This document shows, piece by piece, positions 37,535-49,462 of a stretch of 64,000 bases of DNA. The position numbers and the translations under genes were made by a program. Source of the stretch: Protoeuglena noctilucae (lineage: Eukaryota). Positions within the stretch are counted from its first letter, which is position 1, and every line of letters starts with the position of its first letter. The notes beneath the pieces are model-generated. The model had not been told where the DNA came from. It ran no database searches and worked only from the letters and a program-made list of their open reading frames with translations. The DNA lies in contig OY253681.1 in NCBI GenBank assembly GCA_958009085.1, forward strand, positions 496,001-560,000. Reading direction: 5' to 3'.

Positions 37535-38611
37535 TCATCGCCGCCTGAGGAAGTTGCTGGGCGCCCCGCCGTCCCGGTACCGCGGGGACGGCCCTCGCAT
37601 CCCCCCGGCGTCCATCACAGCACCACCCCGGCCTCCCCACGACATCCCCGGCAGGCCCATGGGCGGGGGCCCGCCGACCCCCGGCGGCCCGGGCATGTTG
37701 ACGCCGGGAACCCCCATGTCCGGCGTCAGAATGGCCACGTCCAGGAAATCCCCGATCTGCGCGGGGTGGCTGGAGGCAGGTCTGACCTCTGCAGCGCTGC
37801 GCCCGCGTCTGTGATCCACGGAGCCGCGAGATGACGGCCGAGCGCACCTGGAACTTGAGCGCATGCAGCGTCAGGTCGTCGTCCGGCCCCTTCATCTTGG
37901 AGTGCACCTTGCCCAGGGCCCTGATGTTCAGCCCTCGCTGCACACACGAAGGGAACGGATCCAACCCTCATTGGGAGCGGCCTGCGGAGAGCCACGCGTC
38001 AAAAGCCGCTTGCATATTCGCAACGAGCCCCTACCCTGTCCGGGAAGATGCTTGCGAAGTCCAGGACCGCGTTCGGGTGCCGTGCCAAGGGGTGCACGTC
38101 CTGCAGCAGCTCCGTGATCTCCCTGCGACGGGGCATTGGGAGAGGAGCGACTGTCTGGACACACATCGGCGACGCGCAGCGGTGGAGGCGGGGAGCGCGG
38201 CGCCTGGCCGCTCCCCCCTCTGCAATGGCCCTCCTCCACAGCCAGCGGCCCTCGCCTCAGCGTGGCGTCCATCCACGTGTAAATTTGCACTTCGCTCTTC
38301 GGCTCCTCGCCCCTCCTGCTGAATTCTATGACCTTGTGATGCCCGCCCCTCTGCGAACGCATGCAGTTCCTTCGCCATCGCTGCGCTCCCTCCCTCTCTG
38401 ACCCTCTCCAAGGACCGCAAGTGAGGCATCACAGCCATCGCATTCATAGAGAGAGGTCCAGCGAGCGGCTCGCCTTGGGAAAGACGCGGAGCAGCAGCGG
38501 GCACGTCTTCTCCCGATCGACCTCGTGCCTCGGCTCCGACCCAACAATCTGCCCATTCTCCTCGTTCACAGCGACCACCACCGCCCTCGGCTTGGGGCCG
38601 CGGGAGCTCAT
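37535..38611 (-). CDS. SAP18: Histone deacetylase complex / ASAP complex subunit SAP18
   Basis: VDREKTCPLLLRVFPK|RGGHH, EVQIYTWMDATLR|EITELL and DDLTLHALKFQ|IGDFLDVAIL; four introns. Confidence 0.93.
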
Positions 38612-38919
38612 CACCCCTTCCCTCCCCTTGGACACAGCTGTGTTGCGATCTCACAGGGACAGCACGCGCGATGACACGTCGATGATTCTCTTGTGGTACT
38701 CAGGACAGCGTGGGGGAGAGGATGGCGTGACATCGGCAGAGGTTTGGCAGAAGAGCCACGGCTTCGTAGGTACCCTACCCTGACCGTGTAACTCTTCACT
38801 TTTACTCATTTAACGCCCCAATCCCCCCCACATGGTATACCTCTGGCACCCAGGGACAATCTATCTAGCGAGGTGCCATCCCCACTTTGATTGTGAACTG
38901 CAATCGAGCTGCCCGTGCG

Positions 38920-39791
38920 ATGGGGCCGGCACGCCCGCTCGTCAAGGCATGTCTCTTCGATATGGATGGCCTCCTCCTCGACACGGAGGCGCTCTACACC
39001 AAGGTGCAGGAGCAAATTCTGCAACGGTACGACAAAGCCTTCACCTGGGACTTAAAAGCCAAGATGATGGGGAAGAAAGCGCTAGAGGCCGCCGAGGCGA
39101 GTCACCATCGATCCCAGCGCCCTTCCAGGTTGGATGGATGCCCCGGGCAGTGGCAATCATTGCCTTTTCCGCCTCCAACTCCCCAGGTTCTGGTGGATGA
39201 GCTGGGACTGCAGGGCCAGCTGAGGCCCGCTGACTTCGTGCGGGAAAGGGAGGAGCTGCTCGCCGGCCTCTTTCCCGACGCGCAGCTCATGGCAGGGGCA
39301 GAGGCCTTAGTGCGGCACCTGCACCGGCACGGCGTGCCCATGGCAGTGGCCACGTCATCCCACCGTCGGCACTTTGACCTGAAGACCGCCAAGCACAGAG
39401 ACCTGTTCGCGCTCTTCGACGCCATCGTCACGGGCGACATGGTGACCCGTGGGAAGCCCGATCCAGAGATCTTTTTGGAGGCGGCGGCCCGACTGACCGC
39501 ACGGGGCGTGCAGGACCCGTCCTCGGCGCTCGTCTTTGAGGACGCGCCGGCTGGGGTGGAGGCAGCGTTGCGTGCCGGCATGCCTTGCGTCCTTATCCCG
39601 GACCCCAGCATGCGGCTGGACGTGAGTGGGGTCACGCTGGAGAGTGCGGCATGTTTCGGGAGGCGCACGTGCACACCATGCGCAGACCGGTCTTCTACCC
39701 GCAGGACGTGCCACAGGCAACACAGACGCTCGCGTCGCTTGCGGAATTCAAGCCGGAGGAATGGGGCCTGCCCCCGTTCTCATCATCATGA
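38920..39791 (+). CDS. HAD-superfamily phosphatase, HDHD1/GS1-like (plant GPP-like)
   Basis: ACLFDMDGLLLDTEALY, WDLKAKMMGK, MAVATSSHRRHFDLKT, GKPDPEIFL, LVFEDAPAGV and C-terminal SLAEFKPEEWGLPPF. Confidence 0.9.
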
Positions 39792-39814
39792 TGGCATCGC
39801 CAATCGCTGTGGTC

Positions 39815-41788
39815 TTACTGAGGCGCCCAGTCAGGGGGCACGATAATTCGACAGAGCCTCGGATGCACCTCCACGTAGGTCGGTCCCACGCCGATATCCT
39901 CCCCGTCGAGCGAGATCCACGTCCGCTTGGCATCCCCTCTCCTCTCTGCGGCGGTAGCGCACGCGTGACGTATGGTCTGGCACCGTCGCCGTAGCCAGCC
40001 GAGCGCCGTGCGTGGCTGACCTGGCTTGCGGGGGAGGAGCAGCACCCCCCCGACGTCCTCCTTGCTCACGTAAGGCAGCGAGAGCGTCGTGCCCTTGGCG
40101 GCCTCGTCGAAGAAGTTGACGACTTGCCTGCGCGTAACTCCCTCACCGAGGGAGACCGTGCTGATTGAGCCCGAGCTGAAGGACTGCCCGGGGCAGGCGC
40201 AGACGTCGGAGGTAATCCAAGGCTGGTTGAAGACGCCCCACACAGGGAAGCGCACCTGCGGCACACGGCGCCAACCGTCGGGGAGCGTCGCAGCCCCGTC
40301 TCGGCCCCTCGCCAGCAGCTGCTGGCTCAGGTCCGCCAGCGGCAGCCCATTCTCGGAAGCCCGCTGCGACGCAGCGGCTGCCACAACCGCCCCGACGTCC
40401 GAAAGCCCGCCCGACTCGGGGACAGCCGCTCCCGCCTCGCCCCAGAGGTCCCCGGCTCCTGCCACACGCCGCGAGTGGGTCTGGTACAGGGCCTCCACCT
40501 CGTTCCAATCCGTTCCTTGGAACTGCGTCTCCCGAGCAGCGCGTGGACTGCTGGAGCCTCGCTTGGTGGTGACAAAGACGTCCAGGGGGTACCGCCGCGC
40601 TGCGAGGATGTCCTTGACGGCCCCGACGGTGAAGCGGAGCGGCCCCATCCACCGGAGGCTTTCGCTGCCCAGGTCCGCGGTCGCCACGAGGGCCGTGGTC
40701 AGCGACAGCATGCCGAAGCGCAGGAGACGCGCCTGCACCGCGCCCGTGGGTGACGGCCCGAGGTCGTAGCACGCAAAGACGTCCAGAGGCTCGCTGCGCC
40801 CCTTGATGACCGCGTGCACGGCGGCCACCGGCGATGACACCCCTGACGAGACGCAGGTGCCGTTCCCCGACCCCGTTCCCACGAGCGCGAGCGGCACACG
40901 GCGCGCATCCTGCCAGTCTGGGCGCGCCAGCAGACCCTGCAGCACCTCGTGCAGGGTGCCGTCCCCACCCACCACCACGATGGCCCGCACGCCCCTGCGA
41001 GAGTGGCAGTCATCCTGTCGGTGGAGCACAGCATCACGTCTGGGCCCGCACAACTCACAAGCGGCAACTGCAACTCGCCTGTCATGGAGAGGGAGCTTCT
41101 GCGCAAACTCTGCCGCATCTAATGGCTTGGTGGTGGTGTGCACGTCGCTTGGCACCCCGGCTGCTTTGAGCATGGGGAGGACGGTCTCGCGCAGCACTGT
41201 TAGCCCGCGCCCGCTCCCCGAATGCGGGTTGACGATGAGGTGCAGGGTTCCTTCCCCTGCCACGGCGCGAGTGCGGACTTCCCTCACTGCTCGGGCCGCC
41301 TCGTCCTCGGAGGCAAACAGAAATGTCGTTGTCCGCCGAGCCCATCGTGCGAACCGCCCATGCGAGACGGCGGCACAAATGTGCCCCTCATGTCCCCCAG
41401 CGCGTCGTCTCCCCACCAAGGCGCCGAAGACGTCGAGCCCCGGCATCTGCGTGGTCCGACTCAGTACATCAGACGGAGCCAGCATCGAGCAGGGCACGCA
41501 ACTCGCGGTAAACTACGAGACGCACCTCGCGCAAGGGCAGCGAGGGTTTGCAGCATGAGAGAGTCCTCCCGCCACCCGACGCACTCGTCGACACGAATTC
41601 CACGCCACCGTCCCTGGGGCGATGTCATCGATGGCCCGTTCGCTTGCGCTCGCACTGCCACGCTCCCTGAATGCGCCCCCCCCGTGGCGCCGTCCTAGCG
41701 GCTCCATAACACACCTGCTGATGGTGAGCGTCCCTGTCTTGTTCAAATATCTCACGACGAACTGCACTTCCTCGGGTTTCGACGCCAT
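39815..41788 (-). CDS. Sphingosine / long-chain-base kinase-like (DAGK catalytic family)
   Basis: LIVNPHSGSGRG, IVVVGGDGTLHEVLQGLLARPDW, PLALVGTGSGNG, DLGSESLRWMGPLRFT and WISLDGE. Confidence 0.85.
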
Positions 41789-42896
41789 TGGCCGCTGCCC
41801 GGGTGCGTGCCAGTCGTGGGGGTCCTCCTCGCTAAATGGTGCTCTTTGCACAAAGCGCGCCACGGCCAACACCATCACGAGGCCCGTAGTCGGGATAAAT
41901 GCGGAGATGGCGCGATTTAACGCCAGTTTTTAAAGCCTGACTCGCTGGTGCCAGTCGCTGTCACGCCCTTTCGCGCCCTGGCTGCCCGGGAGGCCAGGCA
42001 TCCTCCCAGGTGACTCAAGACGACCAAGCTAACGAGTCCGCCGACAGGAAAGGTCGTCGGACGCCCCCTGTTGCGGTCGCGTCGCGAAGGTGAGCCTGCA
42101 AGCCCGCTAGCGGCTGTCATGAGCCCGCGATGGGCACCCAGACCTCCTTCTCACATGGGCATGCTGATAGGTGGGCTAGCAGGCCGCGAATATGCTCCGA
42201 CATCCGGTAGCCTAGGGGACGCTCACTCCGACGACATCTCGCTATTTTAAGGCGTTCATTGACTGTATTTAGACGAAATGGTTGTGACGGCTGGTAAATC
42301 AAAGCTTGATTCGCGTCGGTCGAGTCAGGGGAGCCATCTTTCTGAGCACTCCGTATCGTTGTTCGATTCCCTGACCGGGGAGCCCAACTATGCATGATGT
42401 GCTGGTTCTTCCCTTGTGCGAGGTGCCGGGTTGTTCCTCAGGCGCCACAGACACCCGTGCACTTCTGACGTCAGGTTTCCTAGCCGAAGAAACGGGGGGG
42501 CTGCGCCTTTCTGAGCAACAAATGTTAGAGTGACCGAGGCGGAGCTTGCGGCGCCTTCTGGTTTGCAAGGACGCCCCGTTTTCCCCCGCGGGCCGATTTA
42601 GGCACAACGCGCGACGCGCTGTTTTCGCTTCCCCAGGATAGCCAGGTCCACTTTTTCCTCTTCGCTGGCTGCTCGATACTTTGTGCGTGTTGGTCGGGGC
42701 GCGTCGCCACCCTGCGCCCCGCTGAGCTGTCGGCACACTTGATTTGCACTTGCGCCTTGTGTTGGCGCCCATGTATTCGCGCCGGGTGCGTCCGCTTCGC
42801 CTGGTGGCACGCTCCGCAGAATGACGACGTGTGCACGCTTGGAACCGCATCGAAGTGGCCCTCCCGCACCCGCAGGACTACGGACAGGGTGGAAGG

Positions 42897-45800
42897 ATGC
42901 CGGGGTCGACGATGGGGGAGACCACGAGGGAGTCCCTCGCCTCGGTCATCCGCGGGGCCAACGCGTATGGGGGGGGCTTCGACGCCGGCCAGCCAATGAC
43001 ACGACCGCCCTCTGGAGGTGGCGGCCTCGGGGGCTCCTTCGGCAAGGCCCCCACGGGGCGTGGCCTGTTCAACCCCGCGCCCCCCGCCGCTGCCGCGCCC
43101 CCGCCCTCGGACTACGTGTCGACGGGGCGCCGAGCGCGCGTGGCTCCTGCGTCCCTCGGGGCCAGGAACCTGTGGGACGCGGGGACCGTCAACGACCCCC
43201 CCGTCTACAGCCCTGCCAAGGACCCGAGCCCGCGGCCGGTGCCCGCGGCCCGCGTCGTTTCGCGGAAGAAGGCTGACTCCACGTCTGGCGCGGCCGCCGC
43301 CGCGCCCGCGGCGGGGCCCCCGAGCCTTGCGCGGCGCACATTGTCGGCACGCTCTGGCAACGCCAGCGCAGGCGCGCAGGCGTCGCTGCTGCGGTCCCAA
43401 GCCGCGCAGGCCAAGAAGCAGGTCTCGAACCTCAGCGCGGTGAAGGAGGAGGCATCGCCCGTCAAGGCCGCGCCCCCCAGCAAGGTATGTGTGCGTCACG
43501 CAAGGGATGCGGGCGCCGGGGCCGTCGCGCGCCGTTGCGGCAACAGCCCCGTGTCCGTGATGCCCAGGTGGCGCGGAAGCCGTCCCTGGGTCGCCAAGCA
43601 TCCCAGCCGAGCACGGCCGCCAAGCCTGCTGCCTCGGCCGCCGCCAAGCCTGCTGCCTCGGGGACCTCGTCCAAAGTGGAAGCCCCAGCCCCAGCGGGGA
43701 AGCCCAAGCTGAGGTGGAGCGTGGAATCGGACCCCAAGCTGATCACGGCCGTGCACCTGCAGCACTTGGAGGCGAGCGTGCGGCACAGCAAAGGGGGTGG
43801 TGCAGCCCCGGCCAGCAAGGGGCGTCTCGCGTGCGACCCGCCCACCTCCCCCTCTGCTCCAGGAGGAGATCCGCGAGGCGCTCAAGGACAAGAGCACGGT
43901 GTACGAGGACGAGAAGGCGCTGCTGACTTCGTTGTTTGAGCGCACGGATGATGGGGGCGAGGGCCACATGTCGCAGGCGGACCTGGCGCATGTGTGCGAG
44001 GCGCTGTCGGTGACCGTGACGGACGCCGAGTGCGCGGCGCTGTTCCGGAAGCACGGCTTCGAGGACCGCGAGATGCCCTTTGCCTACTTCCGCCAGCTGA
44101 TGCTGAGCAACCCCCTGCGGACGCTGGCCGACAGCGCGCCGGTCCAGGAGGGCGCGTTCCCGCCCGACCGCGTGGCCGACTTCCGCGGCAAGATCATCTA
44201 CCACCCCTGCCGCACCGGCGTCTTCACGCCCTCCGACTTCGCCCCCGAGGCGGCTGCCCGCAGCGCCACGCTCCCCAACGTGCGGCTCTTCCTCGAGTTC
44301 GTCTACGGCTACGACGGGGTGACGGCCACGAGCAAGAACCTCTTCTACACGGGGTCGGGAGAGGTGGCCTACTTCACGGCCGGCGTGGGCGTCGTGCTGT
44401 CACGTGGGGAGCGGGGCCGCCCCGCGACGCAGTCCCAGCGCTTCTTCCTGGGCCACAACGACGACATCTCGTCCATGGCCGTGCTCGAGGCGCCCGTGAC
44501 GGCGCGGGGGGTCGCGTACCCGGCGCGCACCCTCGCCCCCACGGGGCAGGTGACCAACGTGCAGAACGGCCCCACCGTGTTTGTGTGGGACACGCGCACG
44601 GGGTCCCAGGAGGGCGACAACGTGGTCGCCCGCATGGACTTCGCCAAGGACGCCCGCGGCATTCAGGCCCTGGCCTTCAGCGAGGATGGCAAGTATCTGG
44701 TGTGCGTGGCTACTGACAACCGCCACACCGTGTACGTGTACGACTGGGCCCACGAGCGGCTGGTGTGCGAGGGCCCCGGGTACAACGGCGAGCCGCCGCA
44801 GGTGACGGGCGCGGTGTGGGACGCCTACGGCTCCAAGCAGTTCGTCACGTACGGCCGCCGCCACGCCAAGGTCTGGACGCCTTCCGCGGACATGGAGCGG
44901 TGGGAGAGCCGCAGCCTGTCCTTCGGCAAGGCGGCGATGGAGAACATCACGAGCGCCGTGTTCCTGCCGCGGGCGGACCCCCAGGCGCCGGCCGTGCTGG
45001 TCTGCGGCACCGCGGCTGGCCTCCTGTACGTGTTCAAGGACGGCAAGTGCGTACGGGAGGTCAAGGCCCATGCCAAGGGTGAGGAAGCCGCAGGATGGAC
45101 TGGCGGGCCTGTGCTGGGGGCCTGGTCGCGCGTCCTCGTCCCACTCACTCGTGCCCTCTGTCTCCCGGCTGACAGGCCCCAGGCTGACGATGCGCGACGG
45201 GTCCCTGGCGTACATGGGCGTCAGGGCGCTGGCCCTGGCGGAGATGGAGGTCAACGGCGCTCGCAAGCTGGTGCTCGTGTCGGGTGGGGCGGACGGCGTG
45301 CTGCAGCGATGGGACTGCTCGGCCAGCGGTCCCAAGGAGGGCGTCCTCGCCAGTCCGGCCATCAAGCTCGTCAGCCCGGGCACGGGCACCGTGGCCCCCT
45401 GCATCCGAGCCGTGGACGTGTCGCCCGACGGGAAGGCCATTCTGGTCGGCACCAGCGCCTGCAACATGTACGAGGTTTCTGCAGACGCGGCCGGGTGAGG
45501 GGCAACGATGGCTGAGCGTCGAGGCAAACGCGTGAGGCGCCCCGTGTTGCGTTGGCGAGCTGGACCGTCTCTGGCCTCGCATCGCAGGGCGACCCAGGAG
45601 GTCATCATGGACGGGCACGAGGGGGACGTGTGGGGCCTGTGCGCGCACCCGACGGTGCCGGAGCTGTTCGCGACTGCTTGTGACGACACGTCGGCGCACG
45701 TCTGGAACCGCGCCGAGAAGCGCATCGTGCTCTCCTGCACCATGGGCTTCAAGGGCAGGCGAGGCGCCGGGAGGAGTAGTCCGTGTCTTGGCAAGGCCGC

Positions 45801-47245
45801 TGGCTGCACCTGATGACGCACAGACTGACGCAGCCCCCACGTCGCCGACCCGCCCGACCCCTCTCCCCCGCAGATGCTGCGCCTTCTCGCCCGCGCCCTG
45901 CGCCGACGACCCCCACGCCGTGCACCTCGCCATCGGCGGCTCCCAGGGCGAGCTGCTGGTGGTGCGGGTCACGGCGACCGGGCCCCAGCCGGGCCTCCGC
46001 GCCGTCTTCCAGGCCACGGACGCCTCGCGGTCCATCACGTGCCTGCGCTTCAGCCCCGACGGGTCGTGCCTCGCCGTGGGCAACGCCGAGCGCGTGGTGG
46101 ACATCTACTCGACCTCGGGCGAGACCTTCCGCCGCACGGCCAAGTGCGTGGGCCACTCGGGGACCATCACGAGCATGGACTGGAGCGCGGACGGCGGCGT
46201 GCTGCAGACGACGTCGGCGGCGTACGAGATCATCTACTTCGACCCGCAGACGGGCCGCCTGGTGCCGTACCCCCAGATCGACACGGTCTGGCACACCTGG
46301 ACGGCCCTGCTGGGGTTCCCCGTCATGGGCATCTGGCCCCCCGACTCGGACGGCACCGACATCAACGCCCTGCACCGCAGCCACTCGGGCCAGCTGCTCG
46401 TCACGGCGGGGGACGACGGCTTCGTGTCCCTCTTCAACTCCCCCTGCGTCGTGCACGAGGCCGCCTGCCGGTCCTACCGCGGCCAGTCGTCCCACGTCAT
46501 GGGCGTCTCGTTCAACTGCGACGACTCGTACGTCTTCTCCGCCGGCGGCAAGGACCGAAGCATCTTCCAGTTCCGTGTCGGTGAGGGCGCGGGGGGGCAG
46601 GCGCGCTCCAATGCCACCGTTTCCATTCCAAGAGCCGATGTCCACGGCGTGCGTGGCGCCCTGCCCGCAGAGACCGTGCCCCAGGAGCCGGTGTCCGAGG
46701 CCCAAAAGCAAGTGTGGGCGTCCATAGATGGGACGGGGAAGAACTTCGGCTGGGTCAAGCAGCCCGCGGACACGCCCACCCCCGCCCTGGATCTGGCAGT
46801 GGTCGTGCCCGTCCCGGGCCCCGTGGCGGCTATGGTGGTCCCGGACAGCCGCGGCCCCAGCAACCACGCCCGCAGCGCGGTGGCCAGCGTCCCGTCGGCC
46901 TCCGAGGGCGCCCCCGCCCGTGCGAGCGCCGTCTCGAGCCTCCACTCGGTGCAGGAGGACGCGCACGTGGCGCCCGTCCCCCTGGCGTCGAGCGCGGTGG
47001 CCTCCACCGTGCCGTCCGCCCAGGAGGAGCTGCCCCCGCAAGACCAGCACCACGAGTCGGCGGAGGAGGTGCCGGACGACCACGGGGCGGGAGAGGAGGA
47101 CGAGGTGGTGGAGGAGACGGAGGGGGCGGAGGTGCAAGGGGAGAGCAGTTTCGCAGCGGACGTGAGCCGGGTGGAGGGGGCGCACGGCACGCACGGCGGG
47201 GAGCATGGTGGGGACGTGGACGAGACAGACGGTGGGTGGGGCTAA
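42897..47245 (+). CDS. Echinoderm microtubule-associated protein-like (EML): EF-hand-like region + HELP + WD40 repeats; start uncertain
   Basis: HELP-like LFLEFVYGYDG..KNLFYT..EVAYFTAGVGVV, QRFFLGHNDDI, CVGHSGTITSMDWSADG, WTALLGFPVMGIWPPDSDGTDINA, LFNSPC and GGKDRSIFQF. Confidence 0.88.
43617..43661 (+). repeat. 24-bp coding tandem duplication (AAKPAAS)
   Basis: GCCGCCAAGCCTGCTGCCTCG occurs twice at 24-nt spacing. Confidence 0.8.
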
Positions 47246-47799
47246 GGCTCTCGCATTGTCGGTGTCTTTTAAAGACTGATGAGAAGCGGCGACCTTTCCA
47301 CGTGCTGGTCCTGGCTAGTAGTTAGGGACGTGCTCCGTGTTGGAGTTCACGAGTGGTCGCGGCTGGCCACATCTAGCAACGCGGATCTTTGCAGCCTAGT
47401 TCAGCTGGGCCAATGAACGGAGTGTGAGAATCACATCTATCGTGCACACGAATGTGCGCTGACAAGCGCGCCTGAGGCTGCGCCACGTCAGCAACGGCAG
47501 GGTGGAGTCCTTGTAACGAACACAACGACAGAGACCGCCGATTTCCCAAACTCGGAAAATCCGCACATCCCCGAAACTGCTAGTTTTGCGTGGGGGGCAT
47601 GGTCTGGAAACCTTACATTCCCGGCACTGCTCACGCCGGGCGGAAGAGCCCAAAAGATGGGGTAAAGAGCTGGCGCGCCAAAGGACCGCTCGGTCAATCA
47701 GAACACTGATCCCTTGCCACAGAGCTAAGAAACACTCTAAATCTGGGGACCTTGCAGGTACACAGCCGCATATATGCGCTGTGGGCGTGTAGAGCAACA

Positions 47800-49134
47800 T
47801 TACCGGTCACCTGCAGACGGCTTGCCAGCTGCCGCCACGGCAGCACACACCGGGACAAGGGCCCCGCTGGCGGCGTCGCAGAGGGATGCAGACCGGCAGC
47901 GGCGGGCCTCGACTGCCTGGTACATGTCCTTGCAGTCCCGGCTGACCTTCCGCAGTGTGTGCATGGCCTGGTCCTGGGTCAGCTCCCGCGCGACGGCCTC
48001 CATGTTGGCGTAGTCCGTGCGCGGGCACTGGAGGTGCGCATCGACGTCCGCAGACTTGCAGTTGAGGGCCATGATGTCGTGGGCACGCACCGCCGCCGCC
48101 ATGGACGGGAAGCTGCCGAGGTAGAGCTGCTTCCCTTCGTGCCAGAGGTGCCCTTCGTACAGGTGCGTGCGGCGGTGGACGGTCACGCCCTTGAACGCGC
48201 CGCTCGCGGGCGGGTGCAGTGGCTCCGTGCAGTTTGCAAAAACCCGCTGCCAGAAGGCGTCGTAGGCACGGCCCAGGTCCACGCGTCTGGTAGCAGGCCG
48301 CTGTGGCGTCTGCGCAGAGAAAGACGGTAGCATCTGCGACAACCGTCGACCCAAGAGCTGGGCTGCTGCAGGCCCAGGCCGGCATCACACCTCGTCTTTT
48401 TGCGAAGGAGCCCGCGCGCGCTTGACACCTCGGCCCATGCCCTCTGTAGTCCCTCGGGGGCTCTGCATGTCCCTGGGTGAGTCGTTGCGCGTTGCGGGCG
48501 GCGCTTGGCCCCACGCCGGCGGCAGAGGGTCCACGCAAGGGGCCGCGGCCACGCAGAACTTCGAGTCCCACGGTGCCACCAGGAGACCACCCGTGGTGCG
48601 AGGGGAGGCCGACCCCAAGCGCGTGATGGGGTCCCACACATGCGTGGGAGCGGAGTCGAGGTCGAGCGACAGCCCATCGCGGCTGGGGTACTTGCCGAGT
48701 CTCGGAGGCTCCAAAGCGTAGTCGGGAACGCGGCCACGGAGGCGTTCGACCAGCCCAGCGTCGTCGGACTGCGCGCACACTTTGTCGCTCCCTCGTCTCG
48801 CCCCGCGCCTGACGTACCGAATCCCGCCCCTGGAACACCGCGCAATCACGTCTCATGTTGCCAAACTTCTCACCTTCGCAGTAGGGGCGTCTAGGGTGTC
48901 GGTTACGGCGGCCGGGCCACCATCGCTCCATCCCAGCGATTCCAGCCCATAGACGCCAAATTCAGCATCCTCGTCGCCACCGAGGGTCCAATTATCATCG
49001 TACAGCAGGTCGTCGCCGGCCCACTCTCGTCGCTCTGTCGCGGAGGCCGGGCAAGGCGCTGTTACATGCTCTGCTCTGCTTAGCCGGGTCAGGGGACATG
49101 AAGCCTGGCACGCACCTGCTGTGTTTGCATTCAT
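47800..49134 (-). CDS. AP2/ERF-domain transcription factor (single AP2 domain); 5' exons uncertain
   Basis: FKGVTVHRRTHLYEGHLWHEGKQLYLGSFPSMAAAVRAHDIMAL matches the AP2 consensus. Confidence 0.8.
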
Positions 49135-49462
49135 GACGACGTCTTCAAGTCGAAGTGGCCTTCCGGAGAAGGCGCGGCGGAGTAAGTTAGTGTGAAGAAG
49201 GAGGAATCGCGTAACTGGCGTACCGGCAAGTCTTGTCATGCCCCGTAATGAACGGGAGGGTGAGGGGCGAGAGTAAGGCGGTAGCGGCGAATTTCCCTAA
49301 CATGGCATGACCATGACTCCGGGGACTGGCACTTGTCCGTCACTCCCTGCGCGTGTTGGTGCCAGAGGAGTCCGGCGGACCGTGTTTTTGCGATGGTGGT
49401 GCATAGGACGGGCACACGGGACTTTTGGAACCCGTGTGTGCACCTGGCGGTCCCTGAGCTTC

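Noticed and set aside
39097..39186. In-frame 'insertions' in HAD, PRMT3, sphingosine kinase, formin FH2 and CBF5 ORFs that could be read as inteins or novel domains
   Set aside because: Each is bounded by G[T/C]..AG splice signals, and removal restores the conserved protein; they are stop-free 3n introns.
41900..42800. Lower-GC intergenic stretch with ATGATG and CTGA motifs resembling C/D snoRNA boxes
   Set aside because: Imperfect C box, no terminal stem or recognisable rRNA guide; most simply the divergent promoter/UTR region of the sphingosine kinase and EML genes.
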